Assembly (NCBI RefSeq): GCF_035084215.1
Contig: NC_090352.1
Location: 29,760,001-29,824,000 of the forward strand
Direction of reading: 5' to 3'
DNA: 64,000 bases
Source: Heptranchias perlo
Taxonomy: Eukaryota
The position numbers and the translations under genes were made by a program. How positions within the stretch are numbered: the first letter of the stretch is position 1; every line of letters begins with the position of its first letter. Below the pieces are notes generated by a model. That model was not told the origin of the DNA. It searched no databases and saw nothing but the letters and a program-made list of their open reading frames with translations. Of this stretch, positions 53,254 through 64,000 are shown piece after piece.

Positions 53254-53448
53254 GGAGAAACAGCATATATCCGTGTGAAAGTTGATGGTCCAAGAAGTCC
53301 AAGCTATGGAAGATCTCGTTCACGTAGCCGCAGTCGAACCAGAAGCCGTAGCCGAAGTCGCAGCAGAAGCCGTAGTTACTCTCCCAGACGAAGCAGAGGA
53401 TCTCCCCGCTACTCGCCCCGTCATAGCAGATCACGCTCGCGTAGCTAG
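53254..53448 (+). CDS. SRSF1: SRSF1 coding exon 4 (RS domain); spliced protein 252 aa
   Basis: [29 protein letters not shown]...[15 protein letters not shown]; acceptor aatag|GGA; TAG 53446-53448. Confidence 0.97.
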   Translation, partial: GETAYIRVKVDGPRSPSYGRSRSRSRSRTRSRSRSRSRSRSYSPRRSRGSPRYSPRHSRSRSRS

Positions 53449-53878
53449 ATCGTAAATCCATTGCTGGAGTTTCTTGTAGTACACCACCAGTCTTTTCCTT
53501 AAATAGAACGGATTCTTTATTTTTAAATCCACGTTAACTTGTTTTATTCAAGTTTAGTACACAATTTAAATTGATATCCATATTAAGAGGGTTGCTTCTC
53601 TTCGTTGTTAACATTCCCTCCTATGTCATTGAGGTCTGATAATTGTATAGACAAGAGTAGGTTTGGAGTTTGGGAAGCTTTCAAAATGGTGTCAACATGA
53701 CTTGGATTAACAGTAAACTGTTGCAGTAATTTGTTAATGTTTATAGTTGACTTCATTTGAATTGAATAAATCCTAATGTAAGAATTGTAGGAGGTTATGT
53801 AGATAGGACTGTTGTGAGACATTTTTGTGAAAACCTTGTGTTGTACCTTATCTTACCTTTTCATGTATCTTCCTATAG

Positions 53879-54012
53879 ACATATCTCAACTGAGGATGGA
53901 TTAAGCATTCTTTGGATTAAAGGATTGTGGAGCTCATTTCAGTCATATTAGGAATGTCAAATCGTGTCTAATTGGAGGAGGAGGAGGAATCTGATCATTT
54001 ATGGAGGCAATG
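53879..54012 (+). other. SRSF1: Alternative (poison-type) exon within the SRSF1 3'UTR
   Basis: Polypyrimidine tract + tatag|ACATATC acceptor, AATG|GTATGA donor, GGA-rich body. Confidence 0.7.
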
Positions 54013-54876
54013 GTATGACTCCAAGTGCTATTGTCACAATTAAACTTGGCAGTATTGAAGTTGTGCTTCTCTTTTGTACAAATGGTTGTATAATCCATGA
54101 ACTATGGTGTTACTGTGCCGCGTTACGAAGTTCTGTGCGGCATCAATACTGCTGAGCTTGCATGTTCTGTGTGACTAGTCTGGCATTGGTTTTCACCATT
54201 TTGAACAGAAGTCCTATTGATTAAAACTTTAAAAAAAAACACTTTTTTAAAAAAAAAAGTAAAATGGCTGTCTTTCAGCACAGTTTGGTTACCTGGATCA
54301 AAAATTCATCAACCTAGTTTGTAATGCAGTTAAGTGGTGAATTACATGTACAGTACAACTCAATTACTAGATTTCACATGGTAACTAGAAATGAAGGTGT
54401 CAATGAAAGTAAATACTGCACCAGTAAATTTTGTGCTAACTGAAGTGCGTGTGTAGTAATGCTATCAGGGCTTGAATTGATATCCACTAGTCCAACATCT
54501 TGTTCCTTCTTTCATGTACATCCTAAATAAACTAAGCAGTATCTATGGACATACTTTAATGTAGTTAAGTATGCTGAATGTATGGCCTCTATCATGTGTG
54601 CCCGTTAGTGGACTGCTATGATGTTGGGTTAGTGAATACTTAACTACAATAGTAAGTTGTCATTTTTAATGGTATTGTGGAATAAAGTTTCTTGTTAAAA
54701 TATGTAACAGCTTTCACATTGACTGTGGGGATGTGGATGCAGTTTATGCTGTTCATCTGTCAAAACATCTGTAAATAATGGCCAGATGACAGCTATAACT
54801 GTCCCATCCCATATAAACCTTGTTGTTTATTGTATCTAACGTTTGCCTCCTTTTTTGGTTTTGCTGGTTATTAAAG
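54013..54876 (+). promoter_or_regulatory. SRSF1: Alternative 3'UTR intron of SRSF1 (NMD-inducing when spliced)
   Basis: GTATGA donor, branch point TCTAAC at 54835-54840, pyrimidine tract, ttaaag|GTTTGGATTGGAGAGGGCTCA acceptor; matches the recalled mammalian SRSF1 ultraconserved region. Confidence 0.8.
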
Positions 54877-55454
54877 GTTTGGATTGGAGAGGGCTCATTG
54901 GATCCCAATCCTTGGAGCTGGATCTTTGGATTCAATTCATTGTGAGGATAGGATAGGGAGGATCATAACATGGATTCATGGAGCGGGATCATATTACCAG
55001 GAGCTGTAGGAGTGGATTCCTGCCCCAATCAAACCGCGTATTTGTGGATTTTTTTGTTTTTCTTTTGTTGTGTTCTCTTTTTTGTTTTTCCCCTCATACC
55101 CATAATTGGCTATTCCAGAAAGTCTTCCCTTTTATTTTTGTCAGTTGGAGTCCAATGGATGCCCCGTGGGATTGGCTTTTTTTTGCCTTTTTTTTCGTAA
55201 ACGGAGTGAAACCAGGACCGGGAGAGGTACGCTGGAGCAATCTCCTTGGATGGATTCGGCATTCAGGATTTGGTAACAATTTAAGGAGGGTGATATCTTA
55301 ACTTTTTGTAACTATTATTATGGGGTATTTTGTTAAAAATGAATCTGAATTGGCTGTGCATACTAAAATTAAGGGAATAGATAAAATTGATTAATTTTTG
55401 GCCCAAAAGGATTACTTTCTACTCATAGCTTTAATGTTTAACCTCCATTTTGAC

Positions 55455-55460
55455 AATAAA
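55455..55460 (+). terminator. SRSF1 poly(A) signal AATAAA
   Basis: AATAAA followed by U/GU-rich downstream sequence after the conserved 3'UTR block. Confidence 0.65.
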
Positions 55461-58400
55461 TTCTTTTTTAATTGTATGTTTGAGTTTGTGATTATTTTGT
55501 GAACAGGTGTTTGGCTGCCATTTTGTGTAATTTGTGAGGAATCTTAAGAAGTAATCCTAAAACTGTTCACAACAAAATGCTGTAAATGATTTGCATTTTA
55601 TATATTCCCATTTACAAGTTGTATTGCCACATTGCTTATGCAAATTCCTATATCCTAATTTTTGTTTGGTTAATCGACAAGGATTCCCCATATGTAATGA
55701 TGTATTGATCTTAAGTTTGTCATGCTGGTATCTGCCGTTAGTTTCCTGGTTGGCTTTTTAATTAGGGACAGAATTGAAATGGAGCAACTAACAGAAAAAT
55801 CAAGATAATCCACATCAGTTTTGTATAATTCCATAACTAAATTGGACCTAAATTTTACCTTTTTTAAAAAAATAATCAAATGCTCTTTACCTCAAGCATA
55901 CTAGAACATGGTAAAGCATATTCCTACATTGTCTTTCACAAACAGATCTATTGCTAGGTGGATGCTGATTTCTAAAACTAAAGCCAGGGATGATAGTTTT
56001 TGGATTTATTTGGGTTGATATTCATCTTTTTTGCTGCAGAAAATGATTACTTTTGTTAAAAGAAAGGAAAAGTAGAATGTGATGTGATGCCACTAGTTGT
56101 CCCCAAAGCACTTACTTGAAGTACTGTAGAGACATCTTGTGGTTAGCATCATTTGTTGTATTTTGTATGTTCAACAGTGCAGACATTTCTATTTTATTTT
56201 CCCCCAAAACTCGCCCTGAGACATTAGATAGCACGTACCTGATGAGTGTAATGACTAAACACAGTGAGCCGAAGAATGTTGTGAATTTTAATAAAGGATC
56301 AACAAAGCTGTTGCTGTTTTTTTCACATTTCATTGCAGTGGAGTATTTTCTATCCTCTGATCCTAATCTACACATTTCCCATGTCAAGTATTGCAAATGG
56401 CACATTCTTCCCCTAGTAGAGATGACCATTTCCATCATTTCTGCTCTGCACTTTGGCCTTTCATTGCTGTTTGAAACAAAACAAGTTTGCTCATTGATCC
56501 ATGGCACCTGTGATTTAATTTGCATAGCAGATTTTGGTAGCCTGAATATTCTGGTAAGTGAATAGACTACTGTAATTTGTAAACTTAAATGGATACTGAA
56601 ATTTATATACATATGAGGAAAATTGTCTTCCTGTGCCATGTACCATCCCTGACTAGCGCCTCATGGCTTTGTGCATTCAGTCAGTAGTACACTGCATAAG
56701 CTGCATGCTCTGCCCATCTGGTTGGTAAGTGTCCAAAAATATGTGCCAGTTTAATGTCAAGTAATACAGCTGGACTATACTACACCTAGTTAAAGCAGCA
56801 ACATGTTTGTTTTAGCCTCTAGATGGTTAGTATAAGAAATTCACAGGTCATTGCACAGCCCAGGTGTACAGTGCTTCATTTTCTTAATGATTATTCCTTA
56901 ACCTAAAATGCTGAGTTTAATTTCTCATTTTCCCCCTTTCTCTTGTGATTGCACATTCTCTAGTTCTGAAGTACATAGCATAGACTTGTCTGAGCTTTCA
57001 GTGCTGCTCTGTAATTAAAGTGGAAAGTGACACGACACATTAGTACACTCCTGTCATCGTTATGCTGCAGTTAAGTTTCCACCTAGGATGAAATTATTTT
57101 AGGCTGGTGTTCATGAATTGTGAGCCTGCATTTAGCTGTGCTGTGAAATTTCTTGCTAATGTCTTGTCTGGTTTATTACAAAAGGACACTTTGCTCACCT
57201 ATATTTTTATACACATAATTTGATCAGTTTTTCTCACTTTATGGGGTTGTTGCATTGTTATGAACCTGACCTAACTGACGTGTTTTATGTCTCACACACA
57301 TTGGTCACTTAGGTATGAGGAGAAATCATAAGTATAATCTGAGATAAAGCCAGGTATTGCACAAGTAGTGATTCAAAGAAAGCTCTGGAAGCAGCAAGGG
57401 ATCACTGGTCATATTTTAAGTGGATGGGATGCATTGGGGTTTTTGTCATCAGTTTTACTCTACATGCCTGCAACTACTTTTAAAATATATGGCCAAGTAT
57501 ATTTTGTATACTTGCAATACATGATCAAAGTGGTAGGACTGGATTCCTGGTGTTTTTAAGGCTGAGGCTTTAGACCACCTCTTAAAATTGTAGTTTTTGG
57601 TACTTTGAGGTCAAACCACAAAATGAGGCTTAGTGAATTGAGTACTCCAAATGGCTAAGCTACCCAAAGATATTTATGGAACATTTATTTTACTGCAACT
57701 TTCTTCTCATCTTGACATCTTTGAGTCCCATATTGGACATGGGGAGTGAATTGTTGATTGACTAACCTGACTCGGCTTTCTCCTAGGAGGGGGAAGAAAA
57801 ATTCCATACAGTAAATGAGGCATCTGGGAAAGAAATGGAGGTTGCGATTAGAATGTACATTATCACTAATGTGAATGAAGCATTGGAACGGATTCTGTTG
57901 GGTGCCTCGAGTTTGTTGTGACCATCTGTGTATATCAGAGAACTTGTCTAATTGCCTCAGTCAGGTGATCCCCAAAACATCCCATCCACTTAAAATGGCC
58001 ACTGTGATCCCTTATGAAGCAGCGAAGTCTTGATCTTGATAGTTAATCTGAATTGATCCACAGCTGTGAATGTAATTGGAGGTATAAATCTTGTCCTAGC
58101 ATGGAAGCTCTGGCATGAAATTTTCCCACTGCTTGTCCAAATTCTTCTTGGAACTAAAGCATCTGTAAGATCCTGTCCTGTTGCATTAGTGCATTGGGAG
58201 CATCTGGAAAATAAATCTTGCAATTGGTTTGGGAAAAATAAACATTTGGACCTGTGATCTGTTTGGTCTATTATTGTCAGCTAATGCCAGCTCCATTCCT
58301 TATGCTTTTCCAAGCATTCAATTAGAAACCTTGTCCTCCCTTTACTTATGGCAATAATGTTTCCATAATAATGATAGGTAGGGAATTGCAGGATTTTGAC

Positions 58401-61400
58401 AGCAGAGATAAATTACAGAAATTACAACATGCTGTTTGGCCCATTCAGTCTGTTTATCCTCCACACGAGCAGTATCCCTAATCCCACATCCTTTTATTTT
58501 CAGCCACTTATCTATCTTACTCTTAAAAAGTTGATATGGCCCCTGCATTCCACAGTTTCTCAACCATCTATAAAAAAGTTTCTCCTGCTTTGTGTCCCAA
58601 ATCTCTTGCATTTAATCTTGTATCTATGCCCCCTCATTCTGGACCCTTCAACCACTGGAAATGGCCTGCTTTTATCTTAATTTTAAACAAATCACCCATA
58701 TCTATTCTAACAACAACAGCCCCAATCTCTAGTTAGGATGGCCTATAATTGCATGGTGCTGTTATATAAGAATTTGGCTTCAGGACTTGTATGATGTGGA
58801 AGTGCACTTTCCTTTATTGTTTCCTGTTCAGGAGTATGACTGGACTGAAGAGAAAGATGTGAAATTGTTTCAAATCTCCAGTGCAAGAACAATTAGTTAC
58901 GAAAGCAATTTTGTTATAGAAACTTTCTAACTTGAAGTTTGGGGGAAAAAAATACAGCCATGTTGGAGAGGGTATTGGTTTCAGCTTACAATTCTTGGAG
59001 ATGCGTTCATATACTACAATGTAACATTTCCCCGTAGTGTGAAAAGAAATCAGTGACTTGGGATGATTTTAGGTGGCAGTGGATTAGTAGTTCTTTCAAT
59101 TCTAGCATTTGGCTGATGGAATAAAAATCCTTTTTTTTGGCTGTCAGGATCAATAAATGAAAAATGAGTGGACAGTCTCCTCTTAGTTCCTGGGGTTCTT
59201 CAAAATCCTATACAGTTGTGTGCATTTTGTTCTCCACTCCAAGCAGTCTGACCAATACTAATCCTTGACCCGGTGGGGGGGGGAGGGAACGGGAAAGCTT
59301 GATTTATTTTGTTCTATATGGAGCACAATTAAGTGCGAGTAAGGTATGTTTGGGAAGGGGATTAGGTAAATAATGAAGAATTGCCAGTGATGAGGCAGTA
59401 ATCTTATTGAAGCATTTATAACTGGCTTTTCAATTTGAGATTGTTGCCTTTGAATTGCTCCAGTATAGGCATTTTAGTATAATATATACTGTGGTTTTAT
59501 GTTTTGGGACTTTTTTTTGCAGGTATCATGGATGGTGATGGCCATTATGCTCCATGTAGTTGATGCGTGATGACGTCAAAACTGAAGGATTAACAATTGT
59601 GACATAATCACTGCACGTTTGAGTGATAATCAGCAGTTGATTGCCAGGAAATGAAGCACATGCATCTAGAATGGATACCTAGTAGTGAGTTAGACTGATA
59701 TATAATCTCTGGGTTCAGAAGGTTCGATGAATGAACGTTTTTAAACAATGTCTGAGCCCTGAGATTAATTGCAGAATTTGACTCGTGTTATATCTACTGT
59801 TAAATTTTGATCTTTTACTATTGAAATTCCAAGATTTCTTGCCATTTTCAGAAGAATCCAGTTTAGAATGGTATGTTTTCAGGGGGGTTACTTTATATAA
59901 ATTTTTAAGAATTGCTGGAGCTGACATAACTGCCAAAATTGCCTGGGAGAGGCCAAAGACCCTTTTTTTGGAATCTGTAAGCTAGGCAATTTTCCTTTTG
60001 CCCAGCTTTTTGGCTATTTTGGGGCCAATACCTGGTGTTCAGATTACAAATAATGAGGTGAAATCCTCAATCTTCAGATCCCCACTGGTTTGCAGTTCTT
60101 TAGTGTCTGGGCATTTGACACCTTGCACACTGCCTACAGTTAGAAGTGCAAAAGTGGGGATGTGTAATTCTGTTGACTTCAGCTGATCCCTTAAAAAAAT
60201 CAAGTGTAAATATAAGCATGGGGTTTAGCAAGCTGCAATGGGGATTAAAAGACTTTTGATTTGCCACCATCCTGATTTATTAAACTGCTGCAATTTCTCT
60301 TCTGGCTAGGTAAAACAGCTGGTTAAGTGGCAGCCTGTGTTGTAAACAAGTTATGCAGTGCATTTTGGGAAAAATACAGTGAGGTGTCCTAAACCTGGAC
60401 AGATATGCTGCAGAATGTGAATTGTTGGGGCCCTTGTTAAATGTTTAAACCAAAATTTTATATTCTTGCAAGCAACATTGCCTTGTGGCAACAATTAGTA
60501 ACAGTCCCACGATCACTTTTGAGTAGCGGTTTAGATTTTAATATCCATTGTATGAAATAAATTCTGTGATTACTATTCTTTTGAAATGCTGCATTTCAAG
60601 TCTACTGAGTTTCCTTGTACCCCAATTTTACTCTTCTGCAGGCAGCAACTGATGCTGGGGTATGGTTCTGTGGGCACCAGCAACCATCAATTTTGCCAAA
60701 TTTGTTTTTTTATTGTGACCCTACACAGGGAGTGAAATAATTTGGCTGTCAAGAGGCTGTGCATAAAAAACTTTTCTAAATGAGGTTCTTTATAGTGGCA
60801 TTTTACTCTCAGTATTGACAATACATTTCCCATTATTACATACTTCAATAACAAATACAATTTAACGGTAAGTGTTTTCTCAGAAGAAAATTACAAGTCA
60901 CAAGTATCAATCCCTCAAGTTTAAGACCGTAATCTAATTTCTAGACGTATCGTAAACTATAGGTTTTTTGGGCGACTTTGTGACGGCTGAATCCCTCAAC
61001 TGGATTAATGATGTATAGTTAAAATGTTTAATTTCGTATTATCACTTGATAAGTTTTTGTGACTAATCTTTGCTCTTCCACTACATAGACTCCTATTCCT
61101 TCCACTACATAGACTCCTATTCCTTCCATTCTAATACCAAAGAAACTCCAAGAAATAAAATCTGCACATGGTTCTGCTGTAGACTGATACCTGGTGTGTT
61201 GGATCCCATAATGTTTTTAAACAACGATGCTGGAGGAGTTCAATTTATAAGCGCATTGAAGATTTGCAGCTTGTAAGCAGTTTGATTGTGAACTTAATGT
61301 GTAATGAACAGTTGGCTGAGGGTTATTCAGTAATAGGGCAGGGGTGCCTAAACTGCTTCCAAACCCTGGCAGTAAAAACCCGACAAACTCCAGCCTTTGA

Positions 61401-64000
61401 ACTCATGTTTACTTGCTGGTTTGTTGTGTTTGAATTTGGGGCCTTTGAAAGAGCTGTCATTAGTGGATAAATTGTAATCTGAACATCTAAGCTGTTAGAA
61501 ATAGGCAGATAAATGGGAACATGGATTTAAATTTCATATGTGGCATATGGAATGCAAGTGTCACCATTGAAGTCAAAATGCTTGGGCATCCCTTTAAGAG
61601 TGGATAGCCAGCCAGCACTAAGGAATAAGTACATGAATCACAATGCTGAAATGCACTTCTAGAGATAAAATATTGCGAGAGAAAGTGCAATCAATTCTGA
61701 AAGAAAATAAACTTAGCCTTGTCTTAGATGATTACTCAGCCACAGACCTTAATGTCTCATTTAGTTAAGTTTCTTTTGTTAACATGGCTTTTATCAATGG
61801 CCGTTTTAATTAGTGGAAGTCATTACTATGAAGTGCTACATGTGCTATTGCAGCTGGCATGAAGAAGGGGGCTATTTCATATTGGAATGAACATTGGCTA
61901 CCTTTTTAATGGTACTCAAGTAGACCATGTGGTAGACTTGAGTAAAACAACTTGGTGAGATATTTCAATATGATAAGGTGCTATATAAATTAAGGATTTA
62001 TTACAAACCAGTGTTGCTGCTCATTCAAATGCAAGATGTGCATGTTTCATTACTTGTCCTTGCATTGCTCTATCTCCTGATTGTGTTTATCTTTCCTATT
62101 CTGGTTTCTTTTGTTTTCTCTTTTTCCCCTCCCCCATCCTTATGTCAGTGGTAGGTGTGACGTGTTGGTCAGGGAGGTGGGGATCTGGCCAGGGTTTTTT
62201 TTTCAAGCAGCAGTCGGTGGGTAGGGAGACTGATCTGGTCCTCAAGCCACATTCTGTGCTGGAAGGTGTGAGGTATCGGTCAGGGAAAGGATCTGGACAG
62301 GGATGGAGGGCAGTGGGTACCTTTTTGAAGCTGCTGGTGACGGTTGGGTGGGGACAGTGGTTGCCAATGGATGATGCTAGGACTGCATGCTGACATTGCG
62401 GGAGGTGACCATTGTGAAGTGGAGTGGGGGGAACGATGCTGTGGAATATAGTGCCATCTATCTGGGAGAACTGAGATAAATAAGGGAAATTTAAACCTCA
62501 CTACTTTAAACCCAATAGTCAGGCACAACAAAATGAATGCAATGTCACCTTTTATAAGCACACAGTTCCTACTGTACATAAAACTTAATATTACAATATT
62601 ACTAGTAGATATCCCATGGTATGGTGAGTCGAAGGATACACTGTTTTATAACGCCATGGTTATATGCCATGAAACACTATTACCAGGGCAACTGATGTAT
62701 GGTGATTGAATAATTCTGTTTTTTATTATGTGTAATTTGGGATTTTTAAACTTTTAGCGATTGAACTCCAGGAATGTTCATTTTTCTGTGAAAACAATCC
62801 AATTTTCTTCATTATGTTGGTAAATTGGGCTTTTTTAATATCTATTTTCCCTTACATACAACTTTTGATCCTTTTTAAAGCCGAGGATATATGCAAGATG
62901 TGTCAGTTGGAGGTAGGTACTTGGTGCTTAGCAGCACCAAGGAGGGATAAGTCATTTGTTTTGATCGCACTAGAGGATAGTCCTGGGATTTGGCAGCAGT
63001 GGGGTAGAGGTGGTGGGTTAGCATTTGGGGGGAGACAGTCCTGTAGTTTGGCAGCACTGTGGACATGTCTTGGGTTTGCCAGAACTGGGATGGAATGAGG
63101 AGTTTGGATCATTGATGGATTCCTGACAAGGCAGGGGGTAGTCTGGGAGATGTGTTTGTAAATTTCTAATCTCTGGAAATGAGTTAATTGTTTCATGATT
63201 GGTTCCTGGAAAAATACTGTTTTCCTTAAATAAACAGATTCAACTTGCTGTGTCTGCCTCTCTGGGTTGGTAAATTAACATGTGGCTCCTTTACTTTAAC
63301 ATGAAATTTCATGATTGAAAATATTGTATCAACAATTTGTGCATCTCTTGCAAAGTGGGTGAAAGGAGTTGGAGCTTGTAATCACCATCCTCTAAATGGC
63401 CAGTCTACCTATTGATCATAAACATTGCCAGCATCAGAGAACTTTTACCAGAGATAAGAGTCCCAATGTTTTTTGGATAAAATGCAGAGAACAAAATGGT
63501 TCACATTGCTATATAAAAACACTTTGCATGGCTACTTTCAACTATTTTCAACTCCACAGCGACTGAACAAATGTGACTTATTTTTGAATTTAGTAGTTTA
63601 ATTGAAAACTCCATTTTCAAAAGCACAAGCTGAAATGCTATTAACCAGACAATTTTGAGAAACAAATTAGAATTTAAACATTAAAGGCACTGACTAACTG
63701 AAAGCTGTTTACTTGAATGTCTTAGTATCTCTCCCAAGCCTTAACTTTTGATCAAATCCAGGACTGTTAGCTGAATACATATGTTGCAGCCTGAGCAGGT
63801 GCAGTCTGCATAATATCCCAGCATGCGTCAGTGGCATTTTGTGAGTGAGCGGAACTGGTAGGATGCTTCTCTTCAGCCGTAGGTCTGTAAATTAGCAGTC
63901 ATATTTGAAATAGATCTTGCGTGAATTTACCTGAAAAAAAGCTTTAGAAATTTGCTCTGTAGCTTATCTTCAAATGTTGAAAAATAATCAAACAGATGCT

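Noticed and set aside
59567-59698. C/D-box snoRNA (GTGATGA ... CTGA)
   Set aside because: No terminal stem and no recognisable guide; the C box overlaps a CRE (TGACGTCA) and may be chance.
61075-61128. 24-bp tandem duplication (CTTCCACTACATAGACTCCTATTC x2)
   Set aside because: Ordinary local slippage duplication.

Overview
Vertebrate genomic DNA, very probably from a cartilaginous fish (shark-type CR1, L2 and DeuSINE repeats). There are three host genes: the first coding exon of HEATR6 (minus strand; rest not found in the window), a complete DYNLL2 (minus; 89 aa) and a complete SRSF1 (plus; 252 aa) divergent from DYNLL2. SRSF1 keeps the splice signals of its 3'UTR autoregulatory NMD module. 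The DYNLL2-SRSF1 interval is full of decayed transposons. The most unusual structure is a three-level nest at 23796-28739. A PIF/Harbinger transposon (TIRs, ACG TSD) carries a 143-bp antisense copy of its own transposase 3' end placed upstream of the transposase. It also contains a Penelope-like retroelement, whose RT region holds a ~150-bp piece of host La/SSB coding sequence. Other items are a probable ~2.1-kb solo LTR, a perfect 22x22-bp minisatellite and candidate GGA-rich non-coding exons downstream of SRSF1. Homology calls come from recalled sequences, not database searches, and repeat boundaries are approximate unless a TSD is given.
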